The notes: generated by a model not told the origin, from the sequence alone. 64,000 nt of DNA from Phoronis australis (GCA_002633005.1 NMRA01000177.1:698059-762058), one strand, 5' to 3'. Counted from the stretch's first letter, positions 22,472-38,500 are shown. Numbers and translations are program-made.

Positions 22472-25400
22472 GTTGTTTGGGGTAAGGTAAATGTTCGTCA
22501 TCTTCACCACTATAAAACAAATCAAAATGTTATGAAAATACACTACTACGTATTCTTTACTGTCTCCTAGCTGTGTTTTTCTGTCATTCAAGTGGGGGAA
22601 TTTCAGCCGTACTTTTCGAAGGAAAAATGTTTTGTGTAGTCTTTTACTTTTACGTAGTTTTCGAAGGAAAATGTCTCCGTTTTGGCCTGGTAAAACAGGT
22701 TAATAACCATGATTCTTTTTGTGCGTCTGACATTTGTTTTTTTCACAACGTCATTCATTTAAATGCCTTAAAACAATGTAATAATAGCACGAATTTTACC
22801 TATTCCCATTTATGTCGCAATCTGCAAATGCTGTGTGTTAAAACTGTTCTTCACACTGTGCGCATACAGTTACTTACCAACTAAGTCACCCAATGTCTCA
22901 TTACATGATAGTGACATCCTAAACACAAAAAATATTTATTTACTGCTTGCCTAACATTTTACATCGAACCACTTATCTTGGAGTTAATTTTACTCCAGCC
23001 CATTATATTGATTTTATGCGCCCGCATTTTGGGTGCACACTTCGGTTGCATCTCATCAGATTTGTACCTCTGAAAGTGGGCGGTTGATTTTCAGTGTGTT
23101 TATACCCAATATAGTGTTACAACCAATATAACTAGGTGATTGAACTTATTTAGACTGAACCAAGTAACTCAAAATTTGGGACGTTCCTTTACCTTTTAAG
23201 GTCAAATGCCATTGAATGACTCGCTGTTTTTTGATCCATTATCCTTTTGGTACATTTGAGGGATTTGGAAGATACACGAGGATAATGAGTGATGGCAGAC
23301 ACGTGGGTCAAAAAGACTTAAATGGGTCAAAAGTACCATCATGGGCCAAAAGAACCGTATAATCGACAAACAAATGTTGTGTTCCCTTTGATTGTAAGCA
23401 ACGGTGTCTAGAGCACGTTCTAAAACGGATCGCTACTGAAGTTGCGGCAGCCGACACACGACCTGAGAGTTGTAATGAACTGTATTTATTAATGGAGGTA
23501 AATCCACTTGACAGCAATAGAAACTGTTATAGTGTACAGGGATGCTATGTATGAATGAACTGGCAGTAGTTTGCAGAGCTTATTTATTCGCAGATGTCCA
23601 ACATGGAACGATAAAAAATTTGAACAGAATATATAACGATTTGCAGCACCGGTTTTCAACCGATTACTTGACGGCAATGAACCATTTTATTAGCAAATCA
23701 TTTACTTTGCTAATCAATTTACACAATCTATGTAAGTACACCCGGCTAAACAACAAGATATAACAGTGCAAAGTAGTCTTCACAAGCAGAAATAATCAAA
23801 GGCACCTACTAACAAATAAGAATCAGGTTCTTTCCGGCTATCTCTAGATTAAAAAATCTTATTAGACTGGATTAAAAAATATGGCGCAATCATTACTAAA
23901 GCATAGACTGGGTCAATATAACAGTCATGAAGTAAACACCATACTAATCTAGGTTGAGTATTCTGTTATAGCAAACGGTGTCATACCCAAACGGAAACAA
24001 TCTGGCCGCCGTGCAACACAGGTGCGAAGGTCACCTGTAAGCAACTGCATGGTATGACAAGGTATGCAAAGTACAACAAACTGAGCCCACAATTCATATA
24101 GTATATGGACAGTTCCTCATACAAATACTAAATCAACTCAGAAGTAGACAAATTGCAAACCCCTCCTCAAATGACAACACACGTCCAGATCAGCAATGAC
24201 ACATCCTTTCCGAAGCGCAACAGAAATGATAATGCTGTCAAAAGCAGGTCGAGTTCAGTACCTCTCTTTGGCAAAATACAGAGCCGGTTCCAATCAGTGG
24301 CTTGCACATCTGCTATATTGTGAACATGAACTCACATAATAACATTCTAAAAGAAACAACACAGACCAGTGGCACACTCAAACACGACCCAAGAAAAACT
24401 ACGTGACAACCTGGTTCGACCGAGCCCCCCATTTGACGAAGTGGACAAAAAGGTCCGCCTCAAAGAAACAAAAAGTCCCAGAAAACGAGACAAAAGTCCA
24501 CTAAAAAGACGCAGACGCACGGTTCTGAAGGTGGCACCCCGTTTTTCGTTTTTTTTTTAATCATCCCGATGTTTTGTCAGCAAAAGGTCCACATCGACAG
24601 CAATTCGAGCCCCCCATTTTCAAGGCTGGGTGCGCGCATATACAGGAGGTCTATACGAAATCATAGAACTCTAAAAGCCAACTAAAGCCAACTCCCGCAC
24701 CTGACCTACACGCATCTCAGTGGCGGAATTAAGGGGGGAGGGGGGGGGGGGNCGTAAAGCGCTGCCATTTGAGAATTTGACTAGCCAATCAGAAACGCCG
24801 GTGTAAAAATTTTTCCTGGGGAAAATGAAGTGATACCTGCGTGCTGGCTACCACCTAGCGGCACGCAGGGAATCAGCGAGGGGTTTAACTCGAGTTTAAA
24901 AACAAATGAAAAAATGAAACAGTGACATATTGTCAGTTCAATGAGATGATTTCGTTGTGGAAAATGATTTTGTTTTCTACTTTTATAACCGATTTATGCG
25001 ATCGCCCATTTTAGGCCGATTTGGGGGTCTAAATTCACCCTCTTTCGGTGAAATCAAAACGAGACAACGCTAGAAAAAACGTCAGTGCCGAACATTGAAT
25101 GCATTACAGCGGAACAAAAATTGGTGTCATTTATTTCTCCGATTATGCTTCAAGTAAGATTTTAGGTAATGTCCGATATTTAGGGTCCGTCCGATAATTA
25201 GGTACACTATGTGTAGATGTCGCAAATGGTTGCTTAATCTCAAGATCACTTCCGTGAACTTGGAATAGAAATTTATTCCAACTTCACGCAAGATTCCAAG
25301 TTCACGCACGGCACTATTAGCCAATCCACGCTGTTAATCCAGCTCATTGTCTCAGGTTTCCAGTCACGTCAACTCTTCGCCCACCCACTCATCCCAGTGA

Positions 25401-26573
25401 ACCACCCCCTAGTTTGACAATGGAAAGTCCAAAATCACATACAAAATGGAAACTAAAACTAATTAAAACAGAAAAAACAACTCTCGACCAACTCATGTCC
25501 ACCATTCGAGTCATTGCGAAATTTTATTCAAAAGTTACTCACTAGATGTCGCAAATGCTTGCTTTATCTCAAGATGACTTGCGTTCACTCAAGATTCCAA
25601 GTTCACGTACAACACTATCACACATATCCATCTTGTCAGCTGTTTGTCGAATGACTGTAAGCGCATGCGCGCATTTATCATAAGTGTGAAGTAGATTAGA
25701 AACTTTGTGGTGACTACAGAATTTTTCCTTTGCACGTATTTCAAAAATCATGAATTTTGTGATCCTTTTTTGATAATTCTGGTAGCTAGACGTTGCGAGA
25801 ACTAGGTACTTTCGCCAGGAATTGCTTAAAAGATATTTTGACGAGCTTTCACGTTCCATGTCTCTTTCAGAATCGGAGACCATTTGCTTACCAAATTCAA
25901 TTTATAAAATAGCTGCCTAAATTTCCCAAAGGATAAACTTGTCATAAATTAATTTACTCATGCCAATCTAATTGCATTTCGCTGCTGTACACCATGGTCC
26001 TTGATAGATGGGCTTTTCCCACAGTTGTGTAATTCGCTCAAAGCGTAGGTCACACTTGCCAGCTTAGCAGACTTTGAAAGGGGTTTTGCAAAATTTTGTC
26101 CAAACTTTTGAAAGTTGTCGCCGGGTTACAGAGCATTATTTTGTTTCATAGAACTTAGTGCCCGACTAGGATGGGAAAGTCGTTTGCTAGTAGACCAAAA
26201 CCGGGTTTAGAATCTTTTAAAAATTCGTTAGAAAATACGAAGGTCCGATATGGCTGCAAAAATGTTTCTCTATCTTAACTTATTTCTACATCATAACGTC
26301 GCTAGCCGGGAAAATGACGAATGAGCGTGGTAAAATCCGGCGGTCCATCGCCTTCGTTTTGTGATTTGAATTCTCGTTGAGGGAATAACTGCCAATGAAA
26401 AACTTTACAAAATATTTAAAAGAATTTCATTGTCACTTAAATTTAGCTTTGTATTTAATATTTAATCGCTGTTACTAGTTTTCTTTATTGTTGCCTACTC
26501 TGATAATCAGTGTTAGTAAGTGGGACTTGTTGGCGGCTTTCGTATCCTACCGCTAGGTGTCCCATTTTCCAAG

Positions 26574-29500
26574 ATGTCAGCGCCTGTGGTGAAATGGATT
26601 TGCCGACGTTTGACAAATTTATTGGGCTTTGAAGCTACTGAAGATGTTGCTAGGTGTGTGAATTAACGACGCGTAATTATACTCTCTGTACGATGCATAC
26701 TTTGATGATAGATTTAACCGGACACAATTGACTAAAGCACCTGAACTGTTTCACATCCGTGACTAACTTTTCAGTATTGCACAACATGGTGAAGACGAAG
26801 TGGAACTGAAAGATTTGGTAGCCTTAGTCTAGGAACCATATTGGTTCCTAGCCTTAGTTCAAAGCTGTGTATTGAATATAAAGCTTTGCGCAGATGTGGA
26901 TACTGTCATTACTGTAATTGAAAACTGCACTCTTCCTTGAGTAAACAAAATTATTTACTGGTGTTACAGAAAAATGACGTTCTATCGAATCTATCGTTAT
27001 TCGACTGCTTAAGTTGTCGAACAGAGATGGCTGTGTGGGGTTTTGGCGCCATGAAATATAGAGTCACCTATTGGTCACTTTTTTATCAATCCTTCTGTCA
27101 ACTGTTCTTCTTCCTCGAGGTTCCTAATGTGTCTCAACAAATTATCACAACTGGATTCTTTTCTTTGTATCTTTTGTATTTTAATAAGCAAACCGAACAG
27201 AGTTTGTTGCTCCGAAGGTGCCATCATCTCCCGAGAGATGTCGCTAAAAATTAGGAAATGGCACGTGCATGTGTTCTGAGTGTAGGCCTACTGTTTTCAA
27301 AACGACAATGGACTTTTCTTTGTTTCAAAAGGTGGAGAATTATGGAAGAAAATGATGTTTATTAGATTGTTTTTTCACTTAAATGGCTGCAACGGACAAG
27401 GTGAGTGTTGGTCCACTCTCAGATTTTGCGTGCACCCCCGCCGGTCGCTAGCTCTACATAAGTTTCACGATGAGGTGATGAGCATAACTATCCAGGCGGT
27501 GTGAAATTTCAAAGTCTATTGTCCAGCTTAACATAATGGTTATAGTAGCTGTATTTTGACAATATAGCCTTCATACAGTTAGCTAGCTGGCTAACCTAAC
27601 AGCTGCCGTATCTGGTTTTATTTTTGCCTGCATACTGTAGGTGAAAATCTGTTATTTTTAAAGGTATATTCTGGCCATAGAAGATAAACAGGACCTTGAA
27701 GACTACTTATTGGAGCTGCTTGATGGAGGAGTTCCTGAGAACAGAACTTTCGTCAACCAAGTGCTGGCAAAGTGGACCCCTCCACAGAGAGCTGTGGAAG
27801 TCCCACTTGAGGCTAAGGTACTCCCAACTAGTAATGTGATTGCCTATGCTTGGCATAATGCCAACTGGCCAAATGCGACCTGGCAAAATTCCCAGGTTGT
27901 CAAATGCGAAATGAGGTTTCTAAAACAACAACCCCTATGCTTAGCATATTGCCAACTGTCCTATGTTCCCGGGCAAAATTCTCTGGTTGTCAAATGCAAA
28001 ATGATTTCTCTGAAACAAGGACACCCCTTTGCGCGCTGAATCCTTGGTGGGATAGGGCCATGGTGAAAACTTGACGTTGCTATTAGCGTAGGTGAAGGGA
28101 AAATTTTTAAGTATTTTCATTGTTCATTGGCTCCTTTTTTCAATGCACAAACCTACTGTAATTGGCACAGGTTTCTGAAACAGTGATAGTTTTACAATTT
28201 TACGTCATGGTAAATGTACTGGAAAACAAATGCATAAAACATGGACCAAAAATGAGCTCTAATGTCCGTGATACAAATCAAAGCTCGGCACTAATGACTG
28301 TCTGACTGTCTTGGACAAGTAAACTTGTGATGCTGTTAATAAGTATTTACATACACGCGATGCTTAGTGAGAGGGAGAGAGACCAGAAATCAAAACAGTT
28401 GGAGCTCAAATGAACCATGCTGAGCGTTACCTCAATAGAAATATTGGTTCATTTGAGCTCCAACTGTTTTGATGTCTGGTCTCTCCCTTTCACTACCAGT
28501 ATATGCATTTTGACGTGTACCTGTACAGTCTCTTCTCTACCTGTGTCGCCTGTTTTGAGTCGGTGAACTGTTTCCTTGACAATGATTTAGAGTAATAAAC
28601 CGAAACGTTGGATAGATATATCGTTATTTACTTACACGCTAATTTTAAAGTTCGTGCTTCTGTTCTGGCCTAAATCAAATGCGAATCCTTGGAACAAAAA
28701 TTTGCCAGGTCTCCTTTCTCGAGTTGGTCACGCTACACAAGCATCCTTAATTTCTGATTGTCAACAGTACACTATATATAATTAGTATTGTATATAGTGA
28801 ATTGGCGACGATAGAAGCTAAGGACACTTGTGTCACATTAGAGAATAGACATTGAAAAATAAATAAGAATAGGTACCCCTAAACTGCTGAAAACGATTAA
28901 TGATTTAAAACTTTGTCAAGGTGAAATAGAGTTGTCAGGTAGTGACGCGATAATTAACTTTTGATGCCATGCTTGCAATAAGGGATAACCTGATAATCTG
29001 TTGCCATACCGACTACAGTTCTGTTGCCATACCGACTACAGTTCTGTTACCATACCGACTACAGTTCTGTTGCCATACCGACTACAGTTCTGTTGCCATA
29101 CCGACTACAGTTCTGTTGCCATACCGACTACAGTTCTGTTGCCATACCGACTATAGTTCTGTTGCCATACTGACTACAGTTCTGCTTTTTGGTCGAATAT
29201 GGTGTACTGTTTGTAGAACAATGAAAATAGACTTATTGTTGGAAGTTGTCGTCGAAGTTTACCAAACGTGAATCGTACTGATTGGTCAGTTGGCGAGGTG
29301 ACATTTGATGTTCAGATCAAAAGTGTAAATAATGGGAATGCTGACTTGAGTAACACTTCTATATGTTGGCAGCAAATGTTCTGTGCTGTTGAACAACACA
29401 CTGGAATCTGCCAATTCTAGTTTCTTCAGAGTCCGCTCATGCGTTCGGAATCACCCACTTGTATAGGCACACAAGAATGAAGAGAACATAAACACATCAA

Positions 29501-32500
29501 TACAAATACATCAAATACATTGATTTATTACTGGGTCTTCGATCAGACTCATCCATCATCGTCAAAGGAGAGAAATCACAAGCAACTGTCTCGAAAACAT
29601 AGACACGTGTGAAAAAACGCAAACACGTAGAGACACCTTCCGATGCTGCTGAGAGCAAACACAAGGGACTAAGCAGTCAATGTGAATATGCGGTCTTGCC
29701 TAATGTGTGTTCACGGTTTGTGCACCTTAAGCACTGATTTTTAAATTTGAGTGAACAACCAAGACAAGGGGAAAGGACAGGGTCTGGTCTTCCATTTTCA
29801 AAAACGGAGAAATCATATTGGTGATACATAATTCTGTTTTTTATCATTTTTCATTCAGTCATATTACTATTTCAAAGTGGTTAATGGCACAAGAGTAAGA
29901 CTCAAGGTTGAAATGCACCCACTACTGCACGGATAGTTCTTGGCATTATTAAAATGGCCGCTAGATAAGAATGCGTTGAACATGTATGAAAATGTGAAAG
30001 CATCGTTGTCTCCTTGATAGAAAAGTGTTTGCCACATTTCATAAAAATCTGTCAAGGAAATATAAAGATACACAGGCCAATTTTAAAAATGTAAAATGCC
30101 AATAGGAGGCACAACAGTAATCAGATCGCTCTACCTGTCGTCGAGTTCATAGGCATGCACTTGATCAAATTTCACAAAGAAGCCACGGGGTTTAGGAGAT
30201 ACAGCCACAGATGCGAAAATGCAACTAGGGGTCACCACCGTAGTCGCACTCTTCTGAAAATCACCACTCATGCTCTTGTCAGTAGGATCGCATTTACTTA
30301 TTTTCATAATGATCCTATGAGCTGTTGGGTGCATACAGAGTTGGGCAACAAAAACAGACTAATAGCGAAAGCAACGTAAAGTGTTGAAATGCATCCCTGA
30401 CTATACAGGAGTGTGTGTCATTCCAACTGATTACATAGAAGTCTTTGGCGAAGCTACAATCGGCAGAAGCCATTTTTTATGCGCCCACATATTTATATGT
30501 GGACGCATTATGCCGTCATCTCCGTCCGGGCGGCGTCCGCTGCTCTATCTCCAAAACCCTTTGACATACATTCATGAAATTTGGCACACATGTTCCATTC
30601 ATGAATGGGACGGCATGAGCGAACTTTCGGACGGATCCGAGTACCAGTGTGCCCCAGATTTTCATGAAATTTAATATGTAGGCACCTATTAGTGAGATGA
30701 CGCTATCCTCCCGTTTTCTGATGGATTTGACGTAATTTGCGCTACCTAGTGGCCATTTTTACTGTTTTTGAGTCTGTTTTTTTGTGTCCACCCCTCTATC
30801 AACCAAACTGCTCAAAGGATGATTGTGAAAATTGGCATGTATGTGCTTACTATAAAAAGGACGGTTGACGATGATTTTTCGACGATTTTGACTACTGTGG
30901 CACCTCCTAGTGGCAGTTTTGTTTTTGTTGCGTCTATGGCTGTATCTCCCAAAGCAATTTAGCAAGTGTATTTATATGATGTTGACTACAGATGACGACG
31001 ACTTTTGGACAGATCTGAATGCTGCTGTGCCCCCTAGTTGCAATTATAGTTTTTTTACGTTGAACTCAGTATCTTCAAAGGTCCTCAACAGATTTTCATA
31101 AAATTTTAAGTATAGGCATTTAATGGTGTGACGACAATTTCATTTTATTCTGTTTTCCTTTGTTTCTCTGAAGTTCCTTGACAGATTTTTATGAAATATG
31201 GGAAGTTCCTGTTTTTGGATGGATTTTATGTTTTTGCGCCATCTCGTAACCATTTTTATTATACAAATAAATAACCCTAAAAGCACACCATTTGCAATGC
31301 ATTCGTGGCTGCATTTCAACGCTCCGCGTTGCTCTTGTTTTCCAACAGGGCATGACCTGCGTAAATGTATAACAATTTCAAAACAAAAGTTTCACACTGA
31401 TTTTCAAAGATTTATCGTGTGGTTTTTTCTAGGTTTTCATCATGTTTTCAAAAAAAATGTAGAGTTTTTTCAAATGGATTGCAGCAATAACTGTGTACAT
31501 TTAATGTGCAGGTTTACAGAAAGAAGGAAGCTGAAGACTTCATACCTGCCGCTAAGGACAAGGTCAGCTCTGCTGGTGGTACTGCCAGACAAAAGGTATG
31601 GATGACAGAATAAATGTATGGATGGCAGTAGATATCAAACAACAGTGGGTGGCTGGATTTTGCTTATTTTTAGTGGAGCATTTGAAGGGATCAGACTGAT
31701 GCATTCTGTAGACACATGCTTAAACGTCCTTAAATTATGATTTGAGAAGTCAGAAAAATATGATGGACAAATCTCCCAGCCCTAATGTTGCAGACTACAA
31801 GCAATACATTCTATAAATAGACAGCTTAGTAGAGTCACGCCTGTTGACGAGGTGACAATTTTGATTAGTTGTTGTGAGATCCACATGGTTGCAGCAACAT
31901 TGCAACAGTTGGGGAAATAGAATCTTATGGTGATTTGTAATATTTTGCGACAGATGTTATGAGATTAAAAGGGCCAATGCGATATTCATTTTCTAACCAG
32001 CTAAACGTGGTGAAATGCATCTTTGATGAATATTCGTGTCGAAAGTCATTGAGTAAAGATTGATCAAGTTATGAATGATAACACTGGTTTTTCCGTGAAA
32101 ACTCTCAGGTCAAGTCGAGCCTTACCCAGGATGATGTACTGCCCTCTAGTGAGACTGGGGCAAGAAAAAAGAGCAAGTACGTTGCGCTCTACAGTCAAGA
32201 AGGAGTGGAGAAGACCACAGTGATGCTGAAAGGTCAGTCAGGGATGAGAAACCCAGAATTACAAATCGGGCTCAAAATGATTTACCTTTACCCATTCATT
32301 TTATCAGTTTGCAAACAGTTTCACCAACATCTAAGTCACATTTTCATTTGTTCATATTGTCAACTTTTATATCATGAATACACAATTTGAAAAAGTTCAG
32401 GTGAATGGTAGTTAAACTGTTAATTATTTCTTTTGGAAAATTTTGATTCTGAGAGGTCTAGTACACCAGGTTGGTACTCATACCTTGTAATAACATTACA

Positions 32501-35500
32501 TTGGCTGCTCAGCAAATTAAAAATGTCTGCCTTAGGTTTGCGTAAGACCTTATCGACAACTCTGTGTATGTTGCCAAGTATTAGCAAAACTATAGATTTT
32601 AACCCCGTAAAAATGCACATTTTCTGAAAGTAGAAAGCCTGTAAACATTATACCAATGTCCCACTGAGTGATGTGGCTTTGACTTTTTAGTAAAATTTAA
32701 GCAAAAGAGAAAGATACGTTCATAGCAAAACAACGGTAACAATGCAACAAAATTTCATTAGATATAAATTTTCAAGATGAAATCTCACAAATGGTGGTAC
32801 ATTTTTTACGTATTCTGTTTCTATTTTATGCAACTTTTGAGTTTTATCCAAACACTTTGGAGAACAATACACAAAGCATAATATCTGAAAGTTATCCAGT
32901 CAGCCCTTTCTGATGTATGATGTTCCAAAAATAGTCAAGTTTGGACATTTTCCTATGGTCCTACGTATCCTCCTTTAAACTTTCTCTGTTCATTGCAGGA
33001 CGGCATGTCTGCGAGTGCCAGTGCAGGAAACACAAGTTGATTAGCAACTGTCTGAAGTGTGGCCGTGTTGTCTGTGAACAGGAGGGCTCTGGACCCTGCT
33101 TGTTCTGTGGAACTTTAGTAAGGGATCATTGTTACCAATACAAACGTTTATAAAAAATAATTGCGTGCGGTCTGGCACACGTTGTACCAGACATGCACTA
33201 GCTGCTCAGGTGGGCTCATTGCACTGATCACCTGGATCCATTTTGATGCTTTATTTATATATGATTAAAACCAAGCTGAGGAGCTAGAGACATGACTCAA
33301 TGGTCTAGCAATGTGCTCCAGTGGAACTTGAACCTAAGATCTTGAGTAACGAAAGTGGATACTTATCCTGCTACGCTGCACTGCAGTTATCAAAATAAAC
33401 TAGACAACGTCAGTTTGATGTAGCCTTTACTTTTGCAGCTTAGCATCTACTTTGGTTTAGAATGAGACATTTAATTTCAGCTAAATGTTGTCGACACATC
33501 TTGTGTCAGGTTTTAATCTTTCAATTCGAAAATATTTTTGATATATTCCGTTCTTCTTTGGTACAAACTTAAAATACATATCTATTGTTCTGTGCCTGAG
33601 AATATTGTAGATTATGCAAATGAGTGCGTAGCTCAAATTTGGACTTAATGACCCCTAAACTCCAGCTGCAAACTCTTGTAAAAACCCCAAGTTTTGAGTA
33701 AAAAGATTAGATTCCGAGCACAGATATGTAAAATTTGTGCCTGTGTATCTAGTTATTTATTGTTGCATTTGGCATGTAAAGTGCATGTCTGTTGACTTCA
33801 GTTTTCAATATGAGCAGACTTGTTGCTCTTTCCAAGCCCGGGGGCCTTTTTCATGAAAGTGTTTTGAAACTAAAGTCAGAAGTTTGATCCCAGCACCCTC
33901 GATGACTCGATTTTGCAGCCGAATATTGACTCCTTTCCCGTATGAAATGTATTTAAAAGTCATGCGAAATTCCCCTCATGAGGCCCAAAAGTTTCCTTAC
34001 AGTGATAAAAAAGTTGAGTGGTAGAATTTGAAATTGGCTGCTTAAGGCATTGCTGACGAGGGGTAGTGATTGAGTGATGTAATTTGAAATTAGTGGTAAC
34101 TAAGAGGTATTTCTGCTCAAGAAAAGTTCCCCTCAGAAGGCACAGGCACCTTTCTCCTCAAGTGACTGGTTGTCAAGCTGTTGTCGACCTGCCGGACAAA
34201 TATTCGTGATGTGTGCTGTAAGTTCAGGGAATCGTAGCTGTTGTATGTTGCTCGTTTATAACCAAGACGGTGCATTTGTTGCAGTATGTGACATCAAACT
34301 GTTTCATCCCCGTTGTAAAACCAATGCCTTCACAACCNCCCAAGTTTTGAGTAAAAAGATTAGATTCCGAGCACAGATATGTAAAATTTGTGCCTGTGTA
34401 TCTAGTTATTTATTGTTACATTTGGCATGTAAAGTGCATGTCTGTTGACATCAGTTTTCAATATGAGCAGACTTGTCGCTCTTTCCAAGCCCGGGGGCCT
34501 TTTTCATGAAAAGTGTTTTGAAACTAGAGTCAGAAGTTTGATCCCAGCACCCTCGATGACTCGATTTTGCAGCCGAATATTGACTCCTTTCCCGTATGAA
34601 ATGTAATTAAAAGTCATGCAAAATTCCCCTCATGAGGCCCAAAAGTTTCCTTACAGTGATAAAAAAGTTGAGTGGTAGAATTTGAAATTGGCTGCTTAAG
34701 GCATTGCTGACGAGGGGTAGTGATTGAGTGATGTAATTTGAAATTAGTGGTAACTAAGAGGTATTTCTGCTCAAGAAAAGTTCCCCTCAGAAGGCACAGG
34801 CACCTTTCTCCTCAAGTGACTGGTTGTCAAGCTGTTGTCGACCTGCCGGACAAATATTCGTGATGTGTGCTGTAAGTTCAGGGAATCGTAGCTGTTGTAT
34901 GTTGCTCGTTTATAACCAAGACGGTGCATTTGTTGCAGTATGTGACATCAAACTGTTTCATCCCCGTTGTAAAACCAATGCCTTCACAACCACCCACTCT
35001 GCTCATCTATAGGTATGTACCAGGGAAGAGCGCGAGGTTTTATCACGTGGCTCTAAGAAGAGCGAGAAACTATATCAGCTTCTTACCAACAGCAAGCCTG
35101 AACTTGACACAGCGGTAAATCGCAAGAACAGATTGTTGGAGTATGACAGAACCTCGTAAGTGATCATGGGTTAAAAGTTGTCAGTGACATTGCATCTAGT
35201 ACATGTATTCTCAAGTCAACTAGTTACATTGAATTACAATTGTGAACAGACATCAGTGGTCAGTCGCGGACTATCATTCTGTGCCACAAGTTTAATTTTC
35301 ATAAGGATGCATCTTTCATAGCAGTTGAGAGCCCATGTTTACTCGATTACAAAATTTCCGATGAGCATCATGATGGGGTCACATGAAACTCTTCAAATGC
35401 CTAGTTTTTCTGTACATGGCATAAGCAGATTGACTACTATATCAGAGACCATGGCCAATACTATGATCGGCTAACAATGATCAATAATTAAGAAACTGTC

Positions 35501-38500
35501 AAGATACTGTACTCTCTACAAATACTTCCGTGCGGCAAACATTTTTTTTCTGACGCTTGCAAGCAGAATTTATTTTAAAATGAAAATATTGGTGTGCCAA
35601 ATTTTGTAGAAGTAGGCAGTGATGGTAAACATGTTTATTTTACCTTACCTTATTTGCTAAATTAGAAGATGTGCTGTGGAGTCAACAACAATGCATGTTG
35701 TCACAAGTCGACATCGGTGTCTGGCTGAAGAGTATGAACATATTTGCCTAGCTGTGTCACTCAGATCAAAGAATTTTCACATATGAAATACCGAATTTTC
35801 ATGCTTGCCCTCCGCCACCGTGTGGATCCAGATACCTTGACATGTGTGTAATGCATTGGCCACAATCAATTTATGGTGTGGGGCGAAAAGCACAAGTCAT
35901 TTACTTGGTAGGGTAGGATCTAGAATGGACACTTGTTGGGACCAGCTGAATACCTGGCGACATCTGCCCAATAGACGAATGAATTTTAATCAATGGTTTG
36001 CAACAAGTTTCCTGTCAACTCGCTTTTTGTTGTGACAGTGTGAGGCGAACTCAAGTGATCGATGACGAGGCAGACTACTTCACGACCGACTCCAACCAGT
36101 GGTTGAGTAAAGACGAAAAACATGCTTTGCAAAAACGGGAACAGGAGTTGCGCGAAAAACGTCACGCTTCGCGGCTGGACCGGAAGGTCACGCTAGACTT
36201 TGCCGGTCGACGTGTGCTGGAGGACAGTGAAACTGTGAACGTCTACAATCCTAAGGACGAAGTTGTGCTGCAGGTCTATAACAAAATGAACCCCGAGTTG
36301 TCTGGCGACAGGCTTGTCAATCCTTCACTATCACGAGAAGGGCCAGTGGTAGGTGGTGGTATAATTGTTGAATTATACAACTTGTCAGAGCTTAGAGCAT
36401 GCAGTTTTGACAGTTAATTAGTTATACTTAGGGGGACAGGCATGTTGACGTGTCTGAGACTACAATTATCATTTGTCGAGCAAGTGAATTGTTAACAGCC
36501 ATTCTTCAAATCAGCATTTCAAAAAAGCATGTCACAGTTTTCATTTCAAATTTCCAAAACTGGAAAATTCTCGATAAACATTTTGCATTACCCATGCTAT
36601 AAGTCGGTCTCCTTATAAAAGTCTTCTGATGTAGATCACTCTTTGTTTTAAAATTTAAAAAAATAATCAAATTGTCAACTTTTTGTGAAGTCCTTTCGCA
36701 TTTCATTTACTAACCTTTGACCTGTCCATTTCCAACCCATAAAAGTATACTAATAACATATGTTTTAGAATCCTTGATGACTGAGAGATCTTAATTCATA
36801 CCTTAAAATGTGAGACAATCACTTGTAAGCACGTGACCGCCATTTTTGTTGGAAATCATGTTTACTTTTAACGTAAATTTCTAACGCGTAACTTGCAGGA
36901 GAATTTATGTTTTAGCTGTATGTGTTCTTATTGGCAATACTTAGTGAGAGATCCCAGATTTTTATTTTAACCTCAAAATCAATAATCGGAGAAATGGTTC
37001 CCATGGCAACAGACTATATTATAATTGCGCAAAATTTCATGCGAATCAACGTACTCTGTACAGAGTAATTGATGTTCAAAACTGTTAAAATTGCTGAAAA
37101 TCATCAGCCCTGAAAATGGCTGAGGAAGATATACCGCAAAATTGAAGGTTTATTTTGATTGGCATTGGAACAAAAAGTTAGTTTTATGTGGTAATATTGT
37201 GAAAATTGCATTTTTGAAAAAAATCCAGTCGACCCCTCTGCCATTTACTTGAATTTTAGAAATTATTTCTGTGCTTAGGAAGAATTAACACATCGCTTGG
37301 ATTTTGAGTGATGGCTTAACTGACCAATCAGAACGCAGCATTTTTGACACACGTTCATTTCCAAGCCACCATTTTACCTGACACACAACACATTACTGGG
37401 TGAAACTTATTGTTTGTTTGTCAATATTTCGCAAGGGGGTGCAGCTTGCGATATGTCAATTGACATCTCATTATTGGTATATAATGAGACATGCTTTGAC
37501 TTAATAAGGTTAATAGTGGCTATGGTCTAAGTTTTGATGTATTAAGATATTTGCGTACACAATCAGTAGTAAGTCTCTAATAAATCGGCCGAAATATTTC
37601 ATCATTGAGATTGCTATATTTGTTGTTGTTTTAGTTTGTTGACGCCACTTCTAAGCTGAAGAAGAAGAAGAAGACTAATAGTGTTGACTCCTCTCCTGAG
37701 AAGAGGTCACACATGCGTCTTCAGGATGCTGACCTGCATGAGATGTCTGATGAAGGCATGTGTCTGAGTATGCACCAGCCGTGGGCCTCGCTCCTCGTGC
37801 GTGGGATAAAACTGTGAGTTTCAATTGAACAATGAATTTCTAACTACAGTACGGTAATCCTTCAACTAGTTAGCACTCAAGATGGCAAGCATGTGAAATT
37901 TCATTTTGTTGTTAAGTTGTTTACGTAACAACAGAAGTGTGGTGTTGTTAGAGTTGTAAAGTTTGATTCTTATTGTCCTGTGATGTCAACTTTTTTAATT
38001 AATGTGAGAAGCTGTGAGAGAAGGTGTTGACATATGATTACTTAACATGATTGCTATTCTGAAGTGTCAAAGGCGGAGTTAAAATGGTACAAAGAACTGA
38101 ATGTAAACATAAGATAAGTTTCTTGAGAGGATGTTTAATGCGTTCCATACAACACAACAAGAGACCCTAGACTTAGCTGGTTCCAGTTTAAGTTGTTGAG
38201 GAGGATTTTGCCTACGAATTTCTTTCTAAAACTAATTCAAGTTACAAATGATGACTCTTGCCTTCTGTGGACAATATACAGAAACTTTGAAGCACTTGTT
38301 TTGGGGCTGTGAAACCGTGAACCTATTTTGATGTGAAGACGTTGATTTTTTGGACGGATGTGACAACTTTGGCACCTCTTAGTGGTGATTTTGTGTTTTT
38401 AGCATCCTCGGCTGTATCTCCTTTGAAAGATCTTTGAAATTTTGCGGGTGTTTTCTATAGATGTGACTATGGCTGCCTACGACCTTTCAACAGTTCTCAC

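Noticed and set aside
28997-29184. Regular 23-bp repeats suggestive of a CRISPR array
   Set aside because: The units are head to tail with no unique spacers, there are no cas genes, and the context is a eukaryotic intron; it is a minisatellite.
33685-34992. Apparent ~650-bp tandem duplication in TRIP4 intron 5 (twin ORFs 34170 and 34824)
   Set aside because: The copies are near-identical and meet exactly at a single N (34338), which is the signature of unmerged overlapping contig ends or haplotypes.
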